From assembly GCA_043718025.1 (NCBI GenBank), contig JAYSWN010000068.1, positions 32,001-96,000 of the forward strand: 64,000 bases of DNA, read 5' to 3'. This DNA is from Pseudomonadota bacterium (lineage in GTDB: Bacteria; Bdellovibrionota; FAC87; UBA2466). The notes below the pieces were generated by a model that searched no databases, was not told the origin of the DNA, and was given only the letters and a program-made list of their open reading frames with translations. Of the stretch, positions 8,913-17,566 are shown in pieces (position 1 is the first letter of the stretch; each line of letters opens with the position of its first letter). Both the position numbers and the translations under genes were made by a program.

Positions 8913-9655
8913 AAGCCCAACGTAAATTGAAGTTAGCTCCGCCGCCCGCAATTGCGGGGCAAGAGATCGTTCCCTCTCCTGGCGAAGATCGATTCATTCT
9001 CGCGGCGGCGTTAGTGGTTTCGTTTTCTGGCGTGGCCTACGAACTTCTGCTCGCTACTTATGCCACCTACCTATGGGGAGGTAGTATTTTCCAGTACAGC
9101 CTGGTTTTTTCGTCAATGATGCTTTCGATGGGGGTAGGCTCTTGGCTATCGGACCGCGGAAAGGCAAGCCCCGGCGTTCGCTTCGTCGTCATTGAATGCT
9201 TTTTGGCCGCGCTCGGGGTTGTTTGTTTGCCCTTGCTCTACACGGCATACTGGAAAGGCTTTGCCCCACTGTTTTTCACCTTCGGATTTAGCTTAGCTTT
9301 TGGCTTTTTAGTCGGGGTTGAAATCCCTTTATTAAACCGCTGGCTGGGGCGAGAGAAAAAAATCTCCGAATTATTGTCGGTCGACTTTGCCGGGGGCTTC
9401 TTAGGCGGAATCCTATTCCCCCTTTTTTTAGTTCCTCATCTGGGCCTTTTTCGCGTGGCGGCATTGGTCGCGCTGCTCAATGCAATGGTGGCCCTTCTGG
9501 GATCCAGGCTAGCGATAGTGCGCGCCGCAACTTCAATTCAAAAAAGCCATTGGCTTCAAGTCTTCGCCATTGCGGTCTGTCTTTTTGGGTTGGGATTTTT
9601 GTTTTGGGCCAATGAGATCCAAAGTTGGATGCAGTACCGCTTCTTTGGTTTCTAA
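8909..9655 (+). CDS. Membrane protein resembling the N-terminal TM domain of membrane-bound spermidine synthases (no catalytic domain)
   Basis: SGVAYELL, SMGVGSWL, LVGVEIPLL and D..GG.LGG.LFP.FL.P motifs; about 7 TM helices. Confidence 0.75.
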   Translation: MKAQRKLKLAPPPAIAGQEIVPSPGEDRFILAAALVVSFSGVAYELLLATYATYLWGGSIFQYSLVFSSMMLSMGVGSWLSDRGKASPGVRFVVIECFLAALGVVCLPLLYTAYWKGFAPLFFTFGFSLAFGFLVGVEIPLLNRWLGREKKISELLSVDFAGGFLGGILFPLFLVPHLGLFRVAALVALLNAMVALLGSRLAIVRAATSIQKSHWLQVFAIAVCLFGLGFLFWANEIQSWMQYRFFGF

Positions 9656-9666
9656 AAAGGAAATTA

Positions 9667-11250
9667 ATGCTCACGCCTTTGCAAATATATCTTCTCTGTG
9701 TCGCGGTCAGCGGTAGTGGCTTTGTCGCACAGACCCTCATTTCCGGATTTTGGTCCACGGTATTCAACGAGGATTCAGTCTACTACTCCGTAAATCTGGC
9801 TTTCTACTTCGGTGGCATGGGGGTTGGCAGCTTGATTGCCGGCTGGTTCGGAAAGGCTACGGAAAAGCTGGTGTTAAAATTCGTTTTGGCACTTCTCGTT
9901 TTGGTTGCCCTCATGATTCCATTGCTTCGGGTAGGCGTGAGCTGGCTCGGCAATCGGGAATTCCTCCCGCTGTTCTTAGTGATCGCAGCCGGAATCTTTG
10001 CCGGCGCAACTATTCCTTTGGTAATTCGACTTCGAAGTCGTGGCAATCAGACAAGCTTGGGTACCGTCTTTTTCTTAGATTACTGTTCGGCGTTTGTCTT
10101 TTCGTGCCTCTTTAATCTTTTCCTCTTGATGCGTTTGGGCTATCTGCAGACCGCTTGGCTTTGCTTTTTTGCGGGGTCTACTCTTTGTCTACCTGCGGTT
10201 TACCAATTGGGAAAAAGGAAGGGAGTCTTGGCCTATGTGACCTCGTTCGTCGTGGTCGCACTGACCTCCTATCTCCTTTCGTCCCACGGTATGAATCCGG
10301 ATCCCCAATCCCGGGCGGAATTTAAAGTGTTGGTTGATCGTCAGTCGCCGTATCAGAAAATTGTGATGACCGAAGAGATTGGCCACGGGTCTCTTTTTCC
10401 CGGCGCAATTCACCAGGTGATGTACTTAGATGGCATGGTGCAATTCTCGAGTCTCGATGAGACCAGCTATCACATTTGCTTAGCCAATATTCCAATCACC
10501 GCGGTTGAGTTCTTTGGGGGAAAACCTCGGCGCGCCCTTATCTTAGGCGGCGGCGATGGACTCGCCGCCCGAAATCTTTTGGCCTACCCCTCGGTTGAAG
10601 CGGTTAAACTGGTTGAGTTGGATCCGCTAATGATCAGTCTTGCTCAGCATGACCCCCATTTAGTTAAAATGAACGCCCGGTCATTCTACGATCCCCGTTT
10701 TTCGTACGTCGAGGGCGATGCCTTTCGGTGGATTAAGGAGAGCGAAGAGAAGTTTGACGTAATCCTTCTAGATTTTCCGCACCCGAAAAATTTATCGCTC
10801 GCACGTCTCTACTCAGCGGAATTCTATACTCAGTTAAAGAAACGATTGACCGCCGATGGTTTCATTTCGATTCAGTCGGGCCCAGCCTTTTCGCCGCAGG
10901 ATACTGAGCGCAACACGCTTAGCGAAATTTCATCCGCGATTTTGGAGACGGTGAGGAGGGCGGGATTGAAGGCAGAAATTTATTTGAGTCCGGCGGATCA
11001 AGAGGCCTTTGTGATAGCCACGGCTCGAAAGGATTTTGACATGAACCGTTTTGCTACGGCAATGAGCATGACCGGAGCTGATGGCCTGGGTTTTCTTTGC
11101 CAATTTATCCCGTCGTGGAAGCGGCCGCCGGCCAGCGTTAATACGCTAAATGATCTTTCGCTCGTGACTTACATGGACCGTTGGAATCGCGGTGGCGCCC
11201 GAAAAAATTACGACTTTAGGGGGTCGCGTTCCGTTTTCTTACCCCGTTAA
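9667..11250 (+). CDS. Membrane-anchored spermidine-synthase-like aminopropyltransferase/SAM-dependent enzyme
   Basis: TM N-terminus, then SPYQKI, YLDG.VQFS..DE..YH, LILGGGDG, VELDP, GDAF, DVILLDFPHP, LYS.EFY. RBS AAAGGA before ATG 9667. Confidence 0.85.
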   Translation: MLTPLQIYLLCVAVSGSGFVAQTLISGFWSTVFNEDSVYYSVNLAFYFGGMGVGSLIAGWFGKATEKLVLKFVLALLVLVALMIPLLRVGVSWLGNREFLPLFLVIAAGIFAGATIPLVIRLRSRGNQTSLGTVFFLDYCSAFVFSCLFNLFLLMRLGYLQTAWLCFFAGSTLCLPAVYQLGKRKGVLAYVTSFVVVALTSYLLSSHGMNPDPQSRAEFKVLVDRQSPYQKIVMTEEIGHGSLFPGAIHQVMYLDGMVQFSSLDETSYHICLANIPITAVEFFGGKPRRALILGGGDGLAARNLLAYPSVEAVKLVELDPLMISLAQHDPHLVKMNARSFYDPRFSYVEGDAFRWIKESEEKFDVILLDFPHPKNLSLARLYSAEFYTQLKKRLTADGFISIQSGPAFSPQDTERNTLSEISSAILETVRRAGLKAEIYLSPADQEAFVIATARKDFDMNRFATAMSMTGADGLGFLCQFIPSWKRPPASVNTLNDLSLVTYMDRWNRGGARKNYDFRGSRSVFLPR

Positions 11251-12242
11251 ATTTTTTCACATCGTAATCGCAGATTGATGGTCATATCGCTGTTTGGGTA
11301 GCGGAAGCTTGAGGTGATTTTCCGTTTTTCAAAAGGGGAGAGTCGGAGCACGTTGGGGCTTGGTTTTTCAAGATCACCCATTCTAAAGAGTGTTTCGCAC
11401 TTTTTCTCTACGGCCTCGTGGTTAATCACATCGTAATGCATTTCCAGCACCTGGGGTGCCCCTTCCAGCGTGAAGCGACAAAAGACACTTTCGGTCGAAG
11501 TCTTATTCTCGTTCGTGCAGCGAAATGAAGGGATCTTCGACTTCTCGCGAATGTCCAAATACAAGAAGGCAACGGTGGCTAAGCACCAGAGCAGGAAAAC
11601 GCGAACTGCAGTGGTACGCCCCTTTTCGCTCGGCCGGTGCCGAAGTATCCAGGGCTTAAGGGCAAGTCCAATTGCCAGCGAGAGAAGGCAAATGAACGCG
11701 GTAAAGAGAACTGAGTAGATCGGGCCTCTCATCCATTCCGCCCCGGGCATGCAGGTGCGGTGGATGCAATTCACATTTTGGTTTTCGGGAAAAAGCCAGG
11801 ACACGAAGAAGATCCCGGCGTGTACCAACGCTTGTTTTGGCGCCGGCAGCCAACGTTGATCTTTGGTGACGAATAGGTAGGTAATGCCCACCGGCAAAAT
11901 GTAAAAGTGATAGTGGCTCAGCAGGAATTCATCGGTCGGGTTGCCGGGCTGGTACATGAACTCAACCAACCCGAAGAGATTTCGGCCCGTAAAAATCCGC
12001 CAGAAGTTATCCGTGATCCAAAATGTTTGGGTCGCTAGGGCTACCGAAATCCAGCCGAGTCCCCATCCCCAGTGGTCAAATACCAGTACGGCTCCTATCG
12101 ACCCTAAACACAAATTACAGAACCACCAGTACATCCCTTCGTCCCAGCCATAACGCGTAAAACTCAAGTAGGTATTTGCGGCGGCCCAGAGGAGAAAAAG
12201 GTAGCCGATAGTTTTAAAAAACTGGCGTTGGGTGAAAGGCAT
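11247..12242 (-). CDS. Polytopic membrane protein with C-terminal soluble domain (WFCN...H...NVN pattern; possibly YwaF/TMEM164/ADTRP-like)
   Basis: 331-aa ORF with RBS GAGG next to the ATG and about 7 TM helices. Family call is inference only. Confidence 0.6.
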   Translation of the reverse strand: MPFTQRQFFKTIGYLFLLWAAANTYLSFTRYGWDEGMYWWFCNLCLGSIGAVLVFDHWGWGLGWISVALATQTFWITDNFWRIFTGRNLFGLVEFMYQPGNPTDEFLLSHYHFYILPVGITYLFVTKDQRWLPAPKQALVHAGIFFVSWLFPENQNVNCIHRTCMPGAEWMRGPIYSVLFTAFICLLSLAIGLALKPWILRHRPSEKGRTTAVRVFLLWCLATVAFLYLDIREKSKIPSFRCTNENKTSTESVFCRFTLEGAPQVLEMHYDVINHEAVEKKCETLFRMGDLEKPSPNVLRLSPFEKRKITSSFRYPNSDMTINLRLRCEKI

Positions 12243-12437
12243 CCTCTATTGTCCCACGACCTTCCCTTTTCCTCTGCTCTTCCATTAATATTCTATAAAT
12301 ACAATGATTTATCGAAAGAGTGAACGGGCGTATAAACTCTAGGCTGAATTTCTTTTTTGCTTTCAATGCTTAACGAAGCTGGCCCGCCGGGCCGTATAAA
12401 CCTTGGTCATAAGTCGCAAAGGTGGCCGCTGATCATA

Positions 12438-12453
12438 TGGCATCCGGTGTGCA
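12438..12453 (+). promoter_or_regulatory. Putative sigma54 promoter
   Basis: TGGCAT-CCGGT-GTGCA, with GG-N10-GC spacing. Confidence 0.5.
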
Positions 12454-12466
12454 CTCTATTTGTCAC

Positions 12467-13390
12467 ATGAACCGACAAAATTACTTTTCAGTACGACATC
12501 TTTTCTCTGTGGCACTGTGGTCGTTTTTGGCGATCGGGGTAGTGATGTCGGGCGGTTGTAACCAGGGGAGCAGTCGCTCCACTTTGGGTGACGACAAAAC
12601 CAAGGAAGATGTTTTCAAAGACTTTAATGACCTGGGCAATAATGGAAAAGGGAAGTCGCTCGGCGATATCGGGGCCGGTGGTGGTGTCGCGCAGCCTAAA
12701 CCTGGCAGCAATTCTGACGGCTCTTTCTCAGGATTAGACAAACAGGCGGTCAACAACGCCTACTCCGAAAACCAGCAAGTGGCCCCAACCGGCAAAATAG
12801 AGATTTTTACCGACGAGCTTAAGGCTCAAGCAAAAGAGATTTTGGCGCTCCAACGGCAAAAAAAGGACACGGCCGTAAAAAAACTTTTGTTCATGGCGGC
12901 AATGCTTAAGCGTTGCGGCGAAGTCGTGGCTAAATTCACCCCAATCGCGGGCCAGCCGTTGATGGGAAAGTGGAATGGACAAGGCGCTTGTAGTGTAAGT
13001 TTTGACGTGGCCGGAAACGGAGCCGGCGGTAAATACGCGGTTACCGGAGGCAGCAAGGGCACTTTAACTGCCGACACTCAGGGAAAAGGCGCGATTCAGG
13101 CCGATCCTTTCTCAGGTAACGTGGTGGACTCGCCGCAATCCGGAACCGGGCAGGTGGTCTATCCAGGTTTCTTCAAAACCAAAGCTGGGACGTCTGACTG
13201 TGTGCTCGGCATCCGCTTGGCCGAACCAACCAGCCCCATTCCGGCTAACTACAAAGAAGGCATGACCGTGATGGGTGCCTGCCTTCGTAATACGGCTCTG
13301 TTTATCAGTCCGGTGTTCGACAGGATGTTCCAGGACATGAATCCTGCCGTCTCTGAACAGCTACAAAAGAAGTTCTTAAATATTGAGTAA
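12467..13390 (+). CDS. Putative lipoprotein, unknown function
   Basis: Hydrophobic signal ending VMSGG-C, Gly-rich linker, further Cys residues. ATG 12467 preferred over GTG 12422. Confidence 0.7.
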   Translation: MNRQNYFSVRHLFSVALWSFLAIGVVMSGGCNQGSSRSTLGDDKTKEDVFKDFNDLGNNGKGKSLGDIGAGGGVAQPKPGSNSDGSFSGLDKQAVNNAYSENQQVAPTGKIEIFTDELKAQAKEILALQRQKKDTAVKKLLFMAAMLKRCGEVVAKFTPIAGQPLMGKWNGQGACSVSFDVAGNGAGGKYAVTGGSKGTLTADTQGKGAIQADPFSGNVVDSPQSGTGQVVYPGFFKTKAGTSDCVLGIRLAEPTSPIPANYKEGMTVMGACLRNTALFISPVFDRMFQDMNPAVSEQLQKKFLNIE

Positions 13391-13448
13391 GGTCACTCCC
13401 CATTTAAGTACCAAATCAGCCCGCATCTCATTCCCAATGACGACTTCT

Positions 13449-14318
13449 CTACTCGAAGGTGCCAAAGGGAACCAAGTCATCCGCTACGATTTCGAAGGAA
13501 TTTGCCTTAGGTTTGGCTTCCGTGGCGCCGGATTGATGCCGCTTGATCATCAACTCGAGGTAATTTCTCAGATCACTAATTGCCAACCCCGCCGGCGCGC
13601 GAAAGGGCGGGGCAAATTCAAAACATTGGGGAATGATACGGCGCCCCTCTTTGCGAAGACGGCTATAAGTGGCAAGTGCGTTCTGAAAGGTGGTACCCGA
13701 CTCACGCGAATACTCGGGCAAAAAGCGGAGAACGGCCGCATCACAACAATGCACGCGAACCCACACCTGGGTATTTTTCTTTCCGTTGCGCACGTTATCC
13801 AAATCAGTAAGTTCGATGAAGTAGACCAGGCCTTCGTTTTTAGCGTTCACCGCGAGGTGCACCACTTGGACGGGAATAGCGCCGTCGCCGAAATCTAGTA
13901 AATAGCGCTGAATTTGGTCGCCGCCGATCGCAAAGGGCACGGCATCCCGTATCTCTTCGGGAAATAGGGTCTTGTATTGCAAAACGTATTGCGCTTTTTC
14001 CACTTTCCCGAGGGCATTACGAACAAAATCCTTAAATTGCATACGAACCCGAACCGCCGGTTCGAGGCCCGAGCTTTCCTCGACCAAAATACGACCGGCC
14101 GTGGCAAGCGTAAAGCCACCGGTGGAGCGTTCGATTGATTTGGTTACCCCTTTTTCAACTAAGCGATTCAAATCACCAAGACTCGAAGCGGTAGGAGGCG
14201 TTTGCAGGTCTCTGCCCGAAACTTCATAGAAAACCAATTTATCAGAGATTTCATTCGCGGCTCTACCCTCGCGAAGCGGATCTAAAGTGTCAGCACACGT
14301 GGTTACCCCGGCTTTCAT
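13449..14318 (-). CDS. Hypothetical protein
   Basis: Long ORF; ATG 14318 preceded by AAGGGGG; no recognised motif. Confidence 0.6.
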   Translation of the reverse strand: MKAGVTTCADTLDPLREGRAANEISDKLVFYEVSGRDLQTPPTASSLGDLNRLVEKGVTKSIERSTGGFTLATAGRILVEESSGLEPAVRVRMQFKDFVRNALGKVEKAQYVLQYKTLFPEEIRDAVPFAIGGDQIQRYLLDFGDGAIPVQVVHLAVNAKNEGLVYFIELTDLDNVRNGKKNTQVWVRVHCCDAAVLRFLPEYSRESGTTFQNALATYSRLRKEGRRIIPQCFEFAPPFRAPAGLAISDLRNYLELMIKRHQSGATEAKPKANSFEIVADDLVPFGTFE

Positions 14319-14343
14319 ATTGGCCCCCCTTAAGCCTAAAGGG

Positions 14344-14360
14344 TGCAAGCGAGGGTCCTA
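14344..14360 (-). promoter_or_regulatory. Weak putative sigma54 promoter
   Basis: Minus strand AGGACCCTCGCTTGCA: GG-N10-GC with TTGC, but the -24 box is imperfect. Confidence 0.3.
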
Positions 14361-14481
14361 AAGTTCACCGATGAGTACTTTCTGTATACAGGGCAGAAGT
14401 GTAGATCTCGTCGTTTTTTGTCTTTTTCTTAGGCGGCCACTCGGCCGTGGGTGCTTCGTTTTCAAAGGCTGGCCAACAAAT

Positions 14482-14507
14482 AAAAAAAGCCTCCTCAATG
14501 AGGAAGC
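14482..14507 (-). terminator. Rho-independent terminator after the ArsC/Spx gene
   Basis: Minus strand GCTTCCTC-ATT-GAGGAGGC followed by T7. Confidence 0.75.
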
Positions 14508-14534
14508 CGTTTTAAAAAACATCTTAAAATTTAT

Positions 14535-14936
14535 TTACGGAAGAACGGTCTCTTGGAGAGCCGCTTCTTTAGTGGCCGCAACCACTTCCTGAGTTACGAA
14601 ATCGAGAAGAGTCTTCTCTTCGTAACCTTGATAAGCCTTGTTCTCTTTAATAATGAGAGGGCGCTTAATCAAATTTGGATCTTTCAGCATCAAACGAATC
14701 GCTTCGTTCTTGGTTGTACGGCGTTTTCCTAAATGGTTTTCGCGGTAGGTCGTGCTGCGCTGATTAAGGCTGGCGTAAATGTTTTCCGCCTTGATCACCT
14801 TTTCGAGCAAACTGCGCGGGGGCGGTTCGTGAACGATGTCTTTCAGCTGGTAAGAAATTCCCTTCTTATTCAACAGCGAAATGGCTTTCTTGCACTGAGC
14901 ACAACTTTTTTTCGCATACAGAACAATGTCAGCCAC
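14535..14936 (-). CDS. ArsC/Spx family protein
   Basis: YAKKSCAQCKKA (CxxC) and LIKRP; RBS GAGGAGG before GTG 14936. Confidence 0.88.
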   Translation of the reverse strand: MADIVLYAKKSCAQCKKAISLLNKKGISYQLKDIVHEPPPRSLLEKVIKAENIYASLNQRSTTYRENHLGKRRTTKNEAIRLMLKDPNLIKRPLIIKENKAYQGYEEKTLLDFVTQEVVAATKEAALQETVLP

Positions 14937-15217
14937 CGAAACCTCCTCAGCAATTAGACGAAGCTTGTAACACAGGCCCCCCACCGTCACAAGACTGAAG
15001 TTGGTTAATAGGATGGCGAATTCCTTGAAGTTGTTCACGCTGCTGTCTTTACTTACCGACGAGATCCTCCCGGTCCAGAATTCAATGGGAAAAAAAATCG
15101 ATTTGGATTAAACCCGTTGCCTCAGCGCCGGGCCCCTAAAGCCAGGCCTGCAGCACCTAGAAACTCAAAAAATATCAGGACCTTGGTATCTGAGGTCATT
15201 AAGAGGTTACCGCCCGT

Positions 15218-16357
15218 ATGAACGTAGAGTTGCAAATTTTTACCATCGGCAATCAAGGTCAAGGCGTGGGGCGTGACCCAGAAGGAAATACCTACTACGT
15301 GTCGGGCGCGCTTCCCGGCGATCGCGTTGAAGTGGTGACAAATGAAGAGGGGCGTCACCGCGAAGGCACCGTGCATCACCTTATAGAGGCTTCGGCGGAG
15401 CGAGTGGCTTCGCCCTGCCGCTATTCGGATTCGTGCGGCGGTTGTGATTGGATGGGGTGGAAATATGAAGCACAAACGGCGGCGAAAGAGCGCTTGTTGC
15501 ACCACTCACTTCAGCGTTTTGACCTTGTACCCAAAGTGAATCACCCGTTTATTCCGGCCGAATCCAACCTGCAATACCGGTCGCGTATTCAGCTTCGCGC
15601 TGAAAACGGTAAGCTTGGTTTTTTGAAACGCGGTTCCCATGAAGTGGTGGACATTGAATCTTGCGCGGTGGCGGTCGAGCCACTCAATAAAAAAATTGCC
15701 GAGCTTCGCGCTGAACTAAGCGGTGCAAACGCCGACGTGGATGACGGTGGCGAGCCATCGGACCGCCAAAAGATAGAGCTGGGCGTATCCGATGACGGGC
15801 AAGTCTGGAGCGCCATCAATCAACCGCACGCGGCCATGGGTTTTACCCAAGTGCATCCGGCACAAAATGAAAATCTGAAACAGATTGTAGCCAAAGCCGT
15901 CGCTAATTCCTTCGGGCAAAACGTACTTGAGCTCTTTTGCGGAGACGGCAACCTTACCTTTGCGGCCGTAGGCCCCACCAAACGCTGGCAAGGAGTCGAA
16001 GTGGATGCGGCGTCGGTCGGCCGTGCGAATCAAAAGGCGATGGAGCTAGGCTTTGAACCGCAGCGGCTTAAATTCGGTCGTGCTGATCTCTTCTCAATGG
16101 GGGCTGCCAAACGCTGGCGTGAGATTGGCTATGATACACTTGTCTTGGATCCGCCCCGCTCGGGCATGGGTAAAACTTTGACCCATTTTGTACACCCAAA
16201 ACTCAATAATATTATCTATACCTCATGCTCATTACAAAGCTTCATCACCGATGTCGTTCCACTGAAAAACGATTTTGTTCTGGAAGAGGTCTGGGCCCTC
16301 GATATGTTTCCTCACACCCGGCATTTCGAAATCGTCGCCCGCTTCTCGCGGCGCTAG
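15218..16357 (+). CDS. RlmD/TrmA-family RNA m5U methyltransferase (TRAM domain + Fe-S)
   Basis: ALPGD, CxxxxxCGGC, FTQVH, LELFCGDG, LDPPRSG, YTSC, DMFPHTRHFE. Confidence 0.9.
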   Translation: MNVELQIFTIGNQGQGVGRDPEGNTYYVSGALPGDRVEVVTNEEGRHREGTVHHLIEASAERVASPCRYSDSCGGCDWMGWKYEAQTAAKERLLHHSLQRFDLVPKVNHPFIPAESNLQYRSRIQLRAENGKLGFLKRGSHEVVDIESCAVAVEPLNKKIAELRAELSGANADVDDGGEPSDRQKIELGVSDDGQVWSAINQPHAAMGFTQVHPAQNENLKQIVAKAVANSFGQNVLELFCGDGNLTFAAVGPTKRWQGVEVDAASVGRANQKAMELGFEPQRLKFGRADLFSMGAAKRWREIGYDTLVLDPPRSGMGKTLTHFVHPKLNNIIYTSCSLQSFITDVVPLKNDFVLEEVWALDMFPHTRHFEIVARFSRR

Positions 16358-17253
16358 TTTTTTTCGTTTTTCTTGCCGCCTCGGCCGGCGCGGCCGACAA
16401 AAGCCTATTTGCTACCCTGCGCGCTTCAGATCTTCGTAAAGGGCCTGAAGAGGCGGCCGCGGTGATAGGACGGGTGCCAAAGGGCACCGTCGTGAAATAT
16501 TCAGGCAAGGCAAAGGGCGAATTCCTTGAAGTGGAAGTAGAGCTCACCCAGGGCAGCGTGCAGGGGTGGATCCCACTTTTTGCGGTGCCTCGTCGTGTTC
16601 GTGAAGACGCCGGGGTAAGCGACTCTCAGTCAAGTGGGCCAGACACTCGCCCCGAAATTCGCCGCACCGAAGAAGATCAACTGGAAGAGAGTTACCGTCC
16701 AATTCGCCGCGTAAAAATCCCTTCTGACGAAGGCATTCTGATTCGCCGCGAACCCAGTTTCTTTTACGGGATTCAGGCCGGCGGGGGAGTGGCGCTGATG
16801 AGCGCGCCGGCGGTGAGTAGCAACTTCTTCATGGGGCCGGCGATCTATACCGGCGCTCACGTAGGCTACTTTCTTTCGCGCGTGGTACCGATTCGCTTCG
16901 AGGTGAACTATGCGCTGATGAGTGGAACCGAACCTACGGGCAAAATTAACCCGATTTCCATCGGTTTTATTCAGACCGGCGTTTCGATTTCGTATTACTT
17001 AGATCAATTTGAGCTTTACGGTGGTGCTTCATTTGGACTTGGGGTTAGCGTTAACGATATTGATCCCAAGATAAAAATTGCAACGCCGATGGATTTTTCA
17101 GGAGCCTTTTTCCACGCGGGAATTGGCTATCTGTTTCCCCTAGGCGACATCAGTAACTTAGCCATCCGCATTCGCTACGATTATGGCGGCAATCAGAGTT
17201 TCGTAGCCCCCCAGGCAGTCTCTGGCCTGATCTATCTAGAATTCCGGGGTTAG
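16225..17253 (+). CDS. Exported protein with SH3-like N-domain and C-terminal outer-membrane beta-barrel-like region
   Basis: Signal peptide (LLAALVFFVFLAASAGA), LRKGP..IGRVPKG..QGWI SH3b pattern, aromatic alternating strands. Start uncertain. Confidence 0.6.
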   Translation: MLITKLHHRCRSTEKRFCSGRGLGPRYVSSHPAFRNRRPLLAALVFFVFLAASAGAADKSLFATLRASDLRKGPEEAAAVIGRVPKGTVVKYSGKAKGEFLEVEVELTQGSVQGWIPLFAVPRRVREDAGVSDSQSSGPDTRPEIRRTEEDQLEESYRPIRRVKIPSDEGILIRREPSFFYGIQAGGGVALMSAPAVSSNFFMGPAIYTGAHVGYFLSRVVPIRFEVNYALMSGTEPTGKINPISIGFIQTGVSISYYLDQFELYGGASFGLGVSVNDIDPKIKIATPMDFSGAFFHAGIGYLFPLGDISNLAIRIRYDYGGNQSFVAPQAVSGLIYLEFRG

Positions 17254-17438
17254 TGCTTCTCATCGCAAGGCTAGCCAGTCGCGTTTAACGACGCCGCAAC
17301 CCCTTCACAATTGCAGCGCCACCGTTTGCCCTAACTATCAAAAGGTTTACGCCCAGGGGCGTATTCTGGAATTGTCTGATTAGTATGCAATCGAGCGGGA
17401 TCCGGGTGTCCAAAACTTAGGCGAAGATTTCCATTAAA

Positions 17439-17451
17439 AATCAAATGCTTA
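17439..17451 (+). promoter_or_regulatory. IHF-binding consensus site
   Basis: AATCAAATGCTTA matches WATCAANNNNTTR, about 90 bp upstream of a sigma54 promoter. Confidence 0.45.
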
Positions 17452-17540
17452 TTGTTTTTCGGCGGGTTGTGTGTGAATCGACTACTCACTTAAATGGAGC
17501 CGGCGCCCCTTTTCGTCACGCCTTCAGTTCAAAAGGCCTT

Positions 17541-17556
17541 TGGCACACGCGATGCA
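17541..17556 (+). promoter_or_regulatory. Putative sigma54 promoter
   Basis: TGGCAC-ACGCG-ATGCA, exact GG-N10-GC spacing. Confidence 0.7.
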
Positions 17557-17566
17557 ATTACTTAGA

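Noticed and set aside
13383..13898. 171-aa plus-strand ORF after the lipoprotein
   Set aside because: It lies almost wholly antisense to the longer 13449-14318 ORF, which has a better RBS and upstream promoter.
17470..17490. CRP-like site GTGA...TCAC upstream of the sRNA candidate
   Set aside because: The half-site spacing is 9 nt, not the 6 nt required for CRP.
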